Positions 1-12,800 of a DNA stretch of 64,000 nt are shown here, piece after piece. The translations under genes were made by a program, and so were the position numbers. The notes beneath the pieces are model-generated. The model saw nothing but the letters and a program-made list of their open reading frames with translations, made no database searches and was not told the origin of the DNA. The stretch spans positions 130,264,001 to 130,328,000 of the forward strand of contig NW_024704742.1 in NCBI RefSeq assembly GCF_018977255.1, read 5' to 3'. This stretch comes from Callorhinchus milii. Taxonomy: Eukaryota. The first letter of the stretch is position 1. Every line of letters starts with the position of its first letter.

Positions 1-33
1 ACTGCACCCCCAGGTTGGGTCAAAGTCTCAAAG

Positions 34-310
34 CACTTCACAAGATCTTCTGTAAAGTGACTGGGTATTTGTAAGCAAATGCGGCAGGCAATCTGCACAC
101 AGCAGTGTCCCACAAACAGCTATGGAGTGAGTGACCAATTTTATCTGGGAGATTGTTGGCCAGGACACCGAGAAAAACTCCTATCGCTTTTTCGAATAGC
201 GCAATGGGATTTTTTAACATCCACCTCAACAGGCAGGCAAGGTTACAGGTGGCTTGAAACCACAACCTTCTGACTCCGAGGTGAGAGGTCTACCAACTGA
301 TCCAGGTTGC
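34..310 (-). mobile_element. Older tRNA-derived DeuSINE-type SINE (family B), degenerate
   Basis: Shares gtttgtgggacactgctgtg core and gtcagaaggttgtgg head with copy 12748..13172; boundaries approximate. Confidence 0.6.
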
Positions 311-577
311 CACCTACTTGCCTATGACACCCATTAATAATTTCCTGGCTGACGTTAAGTTAAACCAGCAAAGGTCAGGATTTGATCCTGTGATGTTCCA
401 GCTATGCAGGTCTCTGTTTCACTCTACACGTTGACTTACCAACTGAAGCCACGATCCATAACAATCTAATTTCTTTAAAGAAGACATTATAAATACTACT
501 GAATGTTGCTGCTAAGCTGCTGTGATGGAAGGAAATGCAGCATGATTTATAGGGGACCTGATGATTGACTTCCTTAC

Positions 578-848
578 CCACTGTTGTTTCTATGGCAGTG
601 TCTCTTGTCATCGAAAGACGTTTTCCTTTGGGAAGAGATACATCCTGCTGAGAGGAGACCTCTTCCACTTCTTTCCCTCGCTTGATTACAATGACGGATC
701 GTTTGGGTAAGCGAGCTTGATGTAGAGTGTTGAGTGCGTCGCCATGGGTAGAGCCAACAACTGAGATCCCATTGATGGACAAGACGCTGTCTCCTCGTTG
801 GATGGTCCCCTCTTGAGCGGCCACACCTCTCGCAAAGATTCTGTGGAT
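578..848 (-). CDS. PDZD2: PDZD2 exon, penultimate PDZ C-half: [27 protein letters not shown]...TAIETTV
   Basis: ORF 402..854; acceptor ttatgcag, donor G|gtaagg; 271 nt, phase 0 to 1. Confidence 0.92.
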
Positions 849-3800
849 CTGCATAAAGATTTGTGGTTAAATCTACAAGGGGAACATCTATTATTAATTT
901 GAGGCCTGGACTAATCGTTTCCTTACTCCACACACCTAATAATAATCCCTCCAAAAGCAAAAACAATAATAAATTGGTCATTTTCAATCTACGACTGTTT
1001 GTGGGACATTGCTGTGCGCAATTGGCTGCCGCGTTCGCCCACAAATATACAGTCAATTCATTTTACAGTGTGTTCTGTGAAGCGCTTTGAGACGTCCTCC
1101 CGACGTGAAAAGTGCTATATCAAATTCAAGGATTATTATTATTATTATTATCGTTAATCCTTGCATTTATACAGCGCCTTTTACGTAGGAAGGATGTCCC
1201 AAAGCGCTTAACAAAAATTACTGACTAAAAATCCGTAGGCGAACACAGCAATCAATTCAAGCATAGCAACATACCACAAACAGCCATAAAGTAAGTGACC
1301 TATTTTATTTGGGGGATTGTTGGCCAGGACACAGGGAGAAACTCCCTTCTCTTTTCGAATAGTGCCATGGAATCTTAATGTCCACCAACCAGACAGGACC
1401 TCGATTTATTGTCTCATTCGAAGGACGTCACTTCCAACAATGCAACACCTACCCAGCATTGCGTGTCAGAAAGTTGTGGGACTTGAACTCACATAGCTTA
1501 AGTGGAGCGTCAGTTTAGACTATGCAAATTCAAGTCCCCACAACTTTCTGACTAAGTCTGTCGATTGCTTAAAATGTATTTCTGGGCCAGGGAAGAGAGC
1601 GGATGTCGCCCAGATATTTTGTTGATCAAGCCCAGCAAGCATATCAGAGAAAAACAAAATGATCTGAAAGTCGGTCATTAAAAATTATATTTAATAAAGT
1701 TTGATTCAAATTAGGGCATAGGGCAAGCTGAAAGACAACAATTTCATTTCCCTGGATAGGAGCACTCCACATACTGGTGCACCACCTACAATGTTAATGG
1801 TGAACATCGTTATTCTAATAATAATAAAAAACAAGATTACATTTGCATAGTCGGGAGGATGTCCCAAGGCGCTGGGCAGTGTACAGCATTTCAGACCCAA
1901 CATGGGATCAGGGGGGAGAAGGGAGGGGAGGGGAAGGGGGGTGACCGATGGCCTGGTCGAAGAGGAGGCTTTTGAGGCGGGACTTGAAGGAGACTAAGGA
2001 GGGCGTGAGGCAGAGTGATTGGGGGGATGGAATTCCAGAGGTTGGGACAGAGTGGCTGAAGGCTCTCCCGCCAATGAAGTGAGTGACCAATTTTATTTGG
2101 GGATTATTGGCCAGGACACTGGAAGAAACTCTCTTCTCTTTTCAAATAGTGCCATGGAATCTTTAACGTCCACCTGAATAGGCAGCCGGAGCCTGGGTTT
2201 AACGTCTCATCCGAAGGGCGACAACTACGACCAGCGCAGCGGAATTCTGGTGTCCTTTTAAACATAAGGAATGCTCTAAAATGACTCTAATTGTCACCTT
2301 ATTTATGTAGAGTATCACAAACACAGTAATTCCAATCTGCCTACAGCGTGTTTCAACCAGTCACTACGGTGAACACGTATTGTTTCATTTTGTCTCAGTC
2401 CTGGGTCTGACAATGTCATCGAACTAGCATTGTCGCTTCCACAAACATCGACCAGGGTCCAGAGGTAAGGTCTCACCCTGTTGGAAGCAGCTCGGTAATC
2501 AATGCCTCCCTCTGTCTCTCATAGCAATTTCTGACATTTTGTTTTCTGGTTGTGAATGGGTGGGATCTTGATGAACTACTCATCTCAAGAGCAATGGCTA
2601 AAACAGTCAATATAACAAAAGGAGATTGCCTGGGGGTGAGTTAGTATAGATATTTCTGCACAGAGAGGTGTTGAAATAGCAAATAGCTGTTGAAGCTGAG
2701 TCCACTTGAAAGAGATTTGGATAAATCCTTAAGTACAAATAATATTTGAGCAGAGAAGGTTGAGGAGAGATTTGATAGAGGTGTTCAAAATTATGAAGGA
2801 AAATCTATTTCCTCTGGCGGGCGGGTTGGTAACCAGAGGACACAGATTTAAAGGAATTAACAAAAGAACCAGAGAGGAGGCGAGGAGAAATTTTTTTACC
2901 CCGAGTTGTTACAATTTGGAATGCACAGCCTGAAAAGGTGGAGGAAGCAAATTCGATAGTAGCTTTCCAAATAGGTATTTTGAAAAGGAAACATTTGCAA
3001 GTCTATGGGGTAAGAGCAAGGGAGTGGAACTAATTGGATAGCTCTTTCATAGAGTTGTTACAGGCTCTTTGAGATAAATGGTCTCCTTCTGTGCTGTAAT
3101 ATTCCATGATTCTATGAATATTAAGCTGGAGTGGGACGGGAAAGGATATATAGCTCCAGCAGAGAAGCTAGCACCAGCACACATAATGGTCTGAATGGCA
3201 TCCCATGTGTGAAGTAAACTTTCTAAGATTTGATTCTACCAGACGTTTTGATGCTATAAGGAATCACATCACGTGCAAGTTTTATTCATAAGATCGGTTC
3301 AGATGAAGCCGGCCCTTCAACTCATTTGATCTCGTCCCTCCAGAATACCCACTCTATAATAATAATAATAATCCTTGCATTTGATATAGCGCTTTTCACG
3401 TCGGGAGGACATCCCAAAGCGCTTCACAGAACACACTGTAAAGTGAATTGACTGTATATTTGTGGGCGAACGCGGCAGCCAATTGCGCACAGCAATGTCC
3501 CACAAACAGTTGTAGATCGAAAATGACCAATTTATTATTATTTTTGGTTTTGGAGGGATTATTATTAGGCGTGTGGAGTAAGGAAACTTGCCCAAGGTTT
3601 CGCCCTGCCTGGAATTGAACACAGGTCTCTCGCTTGCAAAGCGAGTGCTCTAACCACTGAGCTACAGGACTCCACTCTACTTCCCATACAGCATCCATCT
3701 GTTTCTCCAATGAGTCCAGTGTCCTGGCCTCAACCATCTTTGCTGGGTAACCCGCTTCCGTCATTCATTGCTCTCTGGATTAAAACAAAATACTTCCTGG

Positions 3801-6800
3801 TGTCTGTCCTGAAACCGAGAACCACGTGTTCTCCTGCTTTGGTGTACCTGAAACCATTCTGTCTGTTCAAACCAGTTCTGTGCGTGGAGTAGACACAACA
3901 TTACACAGCACAAGTAGGCTCTTGGGCAATACTTACAGTGACTGATTTGTGTTCCTGATCCATGCCTCCTGCAATACTGAAGCCCAGTCCAGTGCCTTCA
4001 TCTTTGTCCATCACCACAATAAAAATCTCGCCTTTACTCTGTCGTCACAGAACAAAAAGGAAGAGTGAGTTTTGCAATGTTGCAAAACAAACAAAGCAAC
4101 ATTTTGTGATGAACATAAAGTTTCATGTGCCCATGGTTCCAGTTCGCTCAAGTTTCGTGAAAGCACAAATGGAACCAGAGTCACAATGTCTTGTGGCCAC
4201 ACGTAAGGGCTTTCTGATACTATGTTGAGGGGAAGGGAGTGTTTGTACAGAAGAATGTTTTTAAAAAAGAAACAATGCCAAACACTTGAAGTAAAACCTG
4301 AAAATGTTGAAATCCACAGCAGATCAATCAATGACATTCCAGAGAATGAATGCGGCCCTTCATCGGGACATTGACCTCTTTTGCCTTCAGATGCCTTTGC
4401 TGGGCAGGCTTTCAGCCTTCTTGCCTCCACTCATTGGAACTCCACCTGAGTCTTACAGGCTAAGGCCACCACCTGTGCCATCTGGAGACCCTCCTCCAGC
4501 ACCTCATTCACACAATACAAGGAAATGCCTCGACCCCTCCAAATTACTCCTTTTTGTAATATTTCTCTGGATCCCTCATCAACATATTTAAGAGGAAACA
4601 TGAGAGAGAAGCCTCCTGTTTAGGGAGATAGCAGTAAGTGCCTTTTCATACAACAGAGATAAACCAGCTGGGCCAGCTCCACAATAATAATAATCTTTGC
4701 ATTTGATATAGCACCTTATCATATCATTGAGGTCTCAAAGTACTTCACAGAATATAATGTAAAGTGATTTGACTGTACATTTTTTTGTGGGCCAATTGCA
4801 CACGGCAGTGTTCCACATACAGTTGTGGATTGAATGACAAAAAAATTATTTATTTATTGGAGGGATTATTATCCCCAGAGAGCGACCCACCAATCGACTA
4901 ACAACCGGTTCCTACTTACTGCTAGATAAACAGAGGCGTGTGGAGTAAGGAAACTTGCCTAAGGTTTCGACCTGCCCAGGAAACAAACCCAGGTCCTCTC
5001 GCTTGTGAGTCAAGTGCTCTAACCACTAAGCTGCAGGACTCCAGCACAAGGGTACTTACTACATCCAAAAGGACTTCTAATCAGCCAGTGATCTGTTTAC
5101 ATTTTATTTAATGTGACTCAGACAGCTAGCATGCAACTGGTGCTATTTACAAGCCGGGGAAACTTCTTAGAAGTTGTTTTGACAGAAACTGGCTACTTCC
5201 AATTCGGGGATTTCAGTCCAATGGCAACAGCACAGTATAAGCAGCTCAAGATGGGGATTGCCAGGAGAATCCATAAAAATATATCCTGTTATACAGTGCC
5301 AATCAACTTAGTTTCTTATCAAATTTGACAAACTGTAAGTGGTTTCCTTTGATTTATTTCCTTTTAGCTACAAGGGGGGGACAAGCTAAAATGCACAGGT
5401 AGAATGGAGAAGGTTGTAGAGCTCACTACCTTTATTGAAGTTGAACGTCTTAAAAAATATGTGCTTTCCCAAAAATGCAAGCATATATTTTTGGTATGTA
5501 ACTGCGTATTACTTTCTGCGTCAGGATAGTAATAGAGCGTAACGTCAGGCATGGAAAAAATTACTCTCGCTTCATGTCTCACAAGATTGGATGCATTTTG
5601 GCATTAAAAATCCTTAAAGCTAAGAGCTACAACAGTTTCGCTCCAATAGACACTGCAATTTGAACTCATGTAGTATTATTGGAGGTGCAGTCTTTCAGAT
5701 GAAATGTTAAATTGAAATCCTGACTGCCATTTTAGGTGGACTGCTACTACAAATGCACGGATTATTATTATTATTATTGCTTTAGAGTAAATCCTATGAA
5801 GCGCTTTGAGATGTCCTCCCAACATGAAAGACAATATACCAAATATAACCATTATTATTACTATAAACAGAAATATATTGCTTTAAACCCAGCATGGAAA
5901 TGCAATGTTTGTTTGGATAACTGGATTGTTTACCTCAGTGACTGCTTTGGTGTCATGGATTATTTTAATGACATCTGCTTTGGCTGTTACAGAGGACAAA
6001 GCAGCCTGTACCTTCTCCTGGTCCTTGGTGGAGTGTGATAATTGTTCAAGACTGAAACAAAGGAAAAAAACAATTTGGATTGAAACAATGATATTTTATG
6101 TGTGTTGTCAATCAAATTACAAAACCACAGAGATGCATGTGATCCAGTTTTATACAAGTCTACCATCTATTGGAAGTCACTCTGACAGAGTCACCTTAGC
6201 CTTTCCAGCTGAGTCGTGATGGGACAACGGGAAATTAAAGGTCTAGTTTGGATCCTGAGCCTTAATGGATTTGGACCAGATTGAGTCAAAGTCGACAATC
6301 TGGACTATAAAGTGGCTATTACCGTCAAAAAAGTGTTACTTAAAAATAGCTTAGACCTACTACTCTTTTATCCTCAAACCTTGACTTTTTCTAGCCCATA
6401 CTAATACTTTGCAGAATTAGGTAAGCAGGATGCAACCTTTCCATTCCAGACAAAGAGAAATGTCTACATGTAGGTGGAATTTATGCGTGGATCTCTGTCT
6501 GGTTGGAATACTCTCAAGCATTTTGTTGGCTTTTCATTCGCCTGTGTAAAATGCTCAGTTGAGAGAAAAAATACTTTTAGTTATTGGCATTTGTAGACTT
6601 ATGAAACATTATTATAATAATAATAATCCTGGCATTTGATAGAGTGTTTTTATCGGGTCTGGATGAGAGCTAACTTTCTGCAGTGAACGTCAACAAGACC
6701 GAGGCCCTCCTGATTGGCTCCCGTTAGCAGCAGCATACTTCAGGCACTAACAGCATCACCATCCATGGTTGCACACTCCACCTTACTAAGCCAGTCCGGA

Positions 6801-9800
6801 ACCCTGGTCCCTTCGCCTCGCTTCCTCCCTCGCATTCTTCAAGGTCAGTCTCAAGACCCTTCTCTTCGACCGTGCCTTTGGTCTCCGTCCCATCTCTCTG
6901 CCTTCCCTCACCCCTACACCACCCCTCCCCCATGCTCGGGCCTCGACATCTGACTGTTCAGCGCTTTGGGACATGCTCCCGACGTGAAAGGCGCTCTACA
7001 AATGCAACTTTGTTGTTGTTGTTGTCAACTATCCTTTCTACTCCACATCCGTGCCATGATCCGCTCTGCCTTCCCCCACCTGCGCAACATTGCCCGGCTC
7101 CACCACTGCAGACCGCCGAAACCCTCATACACGCCTTCATTACATCCAGGCTCGACTACACAAACTCCCTGCTTGTCGGCCTCCCCAATTGCTCAGCCTA
7201 TAGGCTGCAGATCATCCAGAACTCTGCAGTCTGTGTCATCTCCTGCACCAGGCTCCACAACCTTATCACCCCCTTCCTCATCCGACTCCACTGACTTCCC
7301 ATCACAACAACAACTTACACTTACATAGCGCTCTACATGCAGGGTAGAGTCTCACAGCGCTCAGCAGTGGCGGAGCCGGCCTGACTCCGAGCCGGGGGGG
7401 GGGGGATTGGGGTGCAGGTGGCTGTAAGCACGGTCGAGGAGGAAAGTTTTCAGGCAGGACATGAAATAAGGGAGAGAGGGGACAAGGTGGAGGGATTGAG
7501 GAAGAGTGTTCCAGAGTTTTGGGGCATAGTGACTGAAAGCACGACCTCCGACAATGGGGAGGAGGGTGCGAGGGACGAGCAGGAGGCCGGTGCCAGTCGA
7601 GCAAAGGCGCTGGGTGGTGGATTGGGGAGTGAGGAGGTTAGAGAGGTAGGGAGGTGCCAGGGAGTGAAGGGATTTGAACACGAGCGTAAGGATCTTGATG
7701 TTGATCCGTTCGGTGATGGGGAGCAGGTGGAGCCTGGGCAAGAACTGGTGACATGTGGGTACGGAGTTTGGTCCGGGTCAGTATGTGGGCGGCAGAGTTC
7801 TGAATGAGCTGAAGTCTAGGACCTCTTCCCACTGGCATTTGATGTGAGGATAAAAGTGACTTGAGGGGGTGCACGGAGAAGGTTATGGATGGTGGAAAAC
7901 AGCATCTTTGGATTGATGTTTGCCTCCAGGATGACTTTGGTGTAAAAGTCAGTTTTGGCCTGTGAAAGGGAGAGGCAGTAGGTGCACAGGTGCTGAGCCA
8001 CAGATGGCAATGAATCGTGAGGCCGGATTTCTGCCATCTGCGCTCGAGCATCCGGGTTTATGTTTTGAGTGAGCGGAGATGACTGTTGTACCAGGGGGAG
8101 CGGGTGGGTTTCGAGACAACCCTGGATTTCAGGGGAGCCAGAGAATTGAGCGTTGCCACTCCCCACTCCTCACACTCCTTTGCCCCCATTTCTCCTTCCT
8201 TCCTCTCAAGCACAATCACGCAGAGGATACAGTTCAAGATCCTGGACATCACTTTCAAAGCCCTCCATGGGCTTTCTCCCCCCTACCTCTGCGACCTCCT
8301 AACCCCCTACCAAGCTACCCGCTCCCTCCGCTCAGCCGCCTCTGGCCTGCTTCACGTCACCTGCCTTGCCCCATCATTGGCGGGCGGGCCTTTTGCCACT
8401 CCGCCCCCACCCTCTGGAGCTCCATCCCACAGTCCCTCTGCCTCGCCCCCTCCCTTGCCTCTTTCAAGACCTGTCTCAAGACCTTCTGCTTCGACAGTGC
8501 CTTCAGTCCCCCTCCTGCCCGGGAATCAAATCCAGGTCCTCTCGCTTGGGAGGCGAGTGCTCTAACCAATACGGTACGCTGGAAATATCAGTCAAGATTT
8601 GAGGCATACTGACCTGACAGACCAACTTCTGCCTCGATGCAACTTGTCACTATGTGTCACCTCATCGTCAGACGTTAAATCTAGTGCTCCTGTGCTGCTC
8701 TTCCAAGGGCAATTTGATCGAGAGCTGGGAATTCCAGATCGGTATATTTTCACTAAGCCAGAACCAGAAGCAGGGAGGGTAGAACCTGAGAGGGCAGAGG
8801 TGAGATTTGTGAGGCTTTCAGCAGCAGGACCAAGAGATCTTCGTGGCTTGACCTCCAGCTCAGTTTTAAAGCTTTGCGTTGCTGCATCAGAAGAATAGTC
8901 CTCGCTGCACAACTTGTCCAGGTCTGGCATGCTTAGTGCTCTCAGCTCCCGCAGTTTGGAGCGAGACAGGGTTGAGGATGATGGTCGATGGTGGACTGTT
9001 GGCTTACTTTTACTGATGTTAACTCTGCGTGGTGCAGAGTCATGTTCGTGGGACCTTTCATTGCTGACGTTGCATTCTTTGGCCGTTTCAGAACCATGTT
9101 CCTCAGTATTGCTCTCGGAATGATTCATCTCAAAGCTTATAAAAGCCAAGCTGGACGGGGACTTTTTTAATTGTGGTGACGGGAAGGAAACCTCAGAGCC
9201 TTCTGTGCATGAGCTTAAACTTCGTCTCAACAAACGCGATGAATCACAGTCTCGTGTCAGCGAGTGATTGTATGTGGTTACAGGAATCGCACTGCCTGAT
9301 ATACGCCTGCCTATTGATGGCTTATTTGAAAAGCTTGCATTGCACATAACAAAGGACGAGTCTAAATACTGCGAGTCCAGTTTCCTGAACATAGGTTTGT
9401 CAAAGCAAGCCAGACTTTCAAAGGACTTAATTCTCTGCCTGACAGAAAAGGACGAGCCACTCTCGGGTAGGCAGCTTGGTTCGTTTGTGAAACTTCCCAG
9501 ATTGGATTTGCTCTTGTCCCTTTGAAAGGACATGAAGTCTATGCTGGGGTGTTGTTCTTCACTCAGGGATTTTCTCAGGATACCAGTCGTCTCTGGGTTT
9601 AGGTGAAGACTATTGAGACTTTTAACAATGTGATCGGATTGTAATGTGTCAAACGATTTTATCTCTCTCTCCAGGAATAGTTTGTGTTTTTGTTTCTGAG
9701 AAGAATCAGCATTTTCACAGCTAATTGGATATTTCTCAAGGTGTGCCTCACCGTTGACTTTGTTAACTGGTAGTTCTGGTTTCTGATCCTCTCTCAAACA

Positions 9801-12800
9801 AGGCTTTGGTGCTATCTTTGGTTTGTGGCCGTTCTCTATTACTTTGAGGGATTTGGTCAACTTGTGCTCTGAAAGCCCTGAAGTAATAGATAGGTCCATC
9901 ATTTCTTTCCTTTCTAAAGTAGGTGATGTTAGTTTTAATTCTATAAAACTACGTTGCTTTGCCACATGATCTTGATGGTCTTCGAGCGGTGAGATTGCAG
10001 GAGAGGCTATTAATTTGTTTGATTCTTTATGTAGCAAAGAGTCCTCGGATTGGATTTTCTGCGTCAGTCCTTGCTCCTCTCCTAGTGCTTCTTGGGACAT
10101 GTTTTTGTAGAGTTTACTAGGCTTTGGGTCAACTTCACAAACATCCAACTGTGTAGAAGGTGCGATGCACATCTGTTTCCTGAATGCTTGTGACACCTCT
10201 CTATTTTCATACACTTCCAGTTCTCCAAATGACTTACAATTTTTTCTATTCGAGATATTTTCCCCTTCATCTTTGACCACCTCCTTGGGCTCTTCTTCAC
10301 CTTTCAATTTTTGTTCAACTGTCATTTGGAGCTTTGTGTCTATTCCCTCTTCTTTAGATGCTTGTTTAAATAGTGGCTTTTCCATTTCATGGCCCAACGG
10401 CACTTTATCAGTGACATAAAGTGGCCTTGTTTGACATTTATCTTCCCGTCTGGTTTGGAGTTTGTCTTCTGCCACTAATTGCGTGGGGAGATGTTCTGAA
10501 GAATGTACAGGGAGTTTGCTGTTTTCATTCTCCTGTATCATTTCAGTTGCTGTGGATTTAATTTTCTCAACCAGTTTGCTTGCTTTTAAACTATTTAATG
10601 AAGCTTTCCTGGTAGGAGCCTTGGCTGTGGGACTGTCGGCAGCCGAGCACTTCTCTGGACACTTCTGTGAAGCTTCCGATTTCTTGGATCCATCTAACTT
10701 GGTCACATTCTTCTCTTGTAGCTCCGAAGGTGGTTTACTTTTACTTTTAATGCTCAGCCCCTTAAGCTTCGGGACATTGGACGACTTTTGCCATTTTTCT
10801 TGAAGCTTAGATCTGTTGGGCAACTGCGATGCTGCTCCACTTTCACTTTGTGCTTTTAGCTGTGTGGAAGATCTTATAGCTTGTGGTCCTAAAGACTGTT
10901 TAGGCAGATTGGCTGTTCTTTGTGGCTGGAGGCTAGGATTATTTCCGGTGCTAAACAAAGACAAATCCTTTTGGGGGGCAAGAATCAATGACGGGGCTGA
11001 ATCTAGAGAATCTACATTAGGTTTATTTATAATAGAAAGCTTTGGCTTGGACATTGGATGCTGGGGAGAAAGGCTTCTTGGGGTCATTTCCACATTCTTA
11101 GTTTCTTTCAAGCTATCCACAGAAGAGGAGATTGCATCACCCGCTTTGCTTGGTTCTGACTGATATTGTGACTGAAGCTTTGAGGCAGCGATGCTGGAAT
11201 CACTGTGGTGTTGTGGCTCTTCCTCAAATCCTCTCACAGCTTCTCCTATACAATGGCCTTGATTTGGTTCTTGGTGAGCAGATGCCATCATATCTGCATC
11301 TTCCATGTCACACACTTTGCTCAGCTTTGCATCTTCCTTGGAAGATGTGTTGAGTCCTCGAATTTTATTTTGCTTTATTAGTGCATCACCTACATCTGTG
11401 GAACTAGGAATACTCGTGTTCTCAAGGCTGCCTTGTTTAGAGGACTCGCCATTAAGAGAATATGGCAAGGTGCCCTGTTCATCCGTGTCTGTTCCAGCCG
11501 TACCTGAAGGATGAGGCAAAGAGAATGGTGCGATTCCATTTGCTTTGTGTGTATGGCATGGAGAGTCTGGATTTGAATTTGTTTTTTCAACTAGGGCGAA
11601 TGTCTCTAGACATGTTTCTGAAGTATACTTTTTCTCTACAGTAACAACCTCTTCAGTTGATGAAGAAATAGCATTAGGTAGGACCTTTTGATGTAGATTT
11701 ATTGGAGGATTTGTCGACTGTCCCATGGCTTGCTGCAATGTGCTGACGTGATCATCAGTTTGATAGCAGATCTCAACCTCTTCATTATCTGAATCTGCGG
11801 CAGTAGGATTGTCGCATTGACTAGATGGTGCGGCTCCAGGTAAAACACGCTCTGTTTTATCACAAACCGCAGGAGAATTCTCACCAGAAGATTCGGTCTC
11901 TGAATCAGAATCATCTGCAGCAGCGTACATGGACTGTCGTTTAACCTTTTCTGTTGTTAAAGGCAATGGCTCTTCTTCCTTCCCCGTGTTTAAATTCCAT
12001 GAGTAATTGGTCAGGCAGGTTTTGTTCACTGATAATACTTTGCCAGTGCTGACTGAATTCAGAACAGAAAAGTCAAGACTGTCCTGCTTGCTGTTGGCTG
12101 ACAAAGTATAGTTGCTGTTTACAGCAAATGTCCCATTTGCCTCATTAATAGGCTGACCTGAACCCACAGGTATTTTATCTTGATTCTCTTTGAGACTCGG
12201 CGACAAAGTGTTTCTAGTTTGTTCTTCAGCAGAATTCAACTCTTTAATGAAGTCATCGATGTCTGTCACTGGGATATCACTTTCATCCTTATCCAATGAG
12301 ATCCTGGAAGATTCCTGAAATGTCCCTTGCTCCTCAATCCCTGAATGTCCAATGAGATTTTTCAGGGGCTCTGTATCCATGCTCATAGTCCTCTTCTGCA
12401 GTAAACCTTCAGCCTTTTCCTCACTGGTTACAGTGTTAGATTCTGGGCAACAGGGCACATCCGTTGAAGAGGAGATAATACTAGAGAGTCTGTCTACAGC
12501 TGTAGAATTGAAACATATATGAGAGAGAGGGAGAAAGAGTGTAACATAGCCAAATCTATGTACAGCATATACAAATCAATAAAGACAAACACCTGTTAAT
12601 GCTCTGATCTGTCGCACAATAAAAACATATTGGAAAACCCAACTCTTATTATTTCTCACAAGATGGGCAAAGTAGAGGGAAGGTAAGAGCTCAATGTGAC
12701 ATCAATTTCTTGCTTGCTGTCACCCCCACAGACAAATACACAGTTCCAGGCTGGCTCAGTGATAGCACTCTCGCTTCTGAGTCAGAAGGTTATGGGTTCA

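Noticed and set aside
3600..3675. tRNA-like sequence that could be called a tRNA gene
   Set aside because: It is always fused to the SINE body and tail and has imperfect stems, so it is a SINE head
4280..4380. Possible third Penelope-like terminus (minus strand ccgatgaagggcc)
   Set aside because: The stem II and GAAAC half is missing; too degraded to call
8599..11914. Many antisense and alternative-frame ORFs over the giant exon
   Set aside because: Shadow ORFs of the real coding frame with no recognisable protein features
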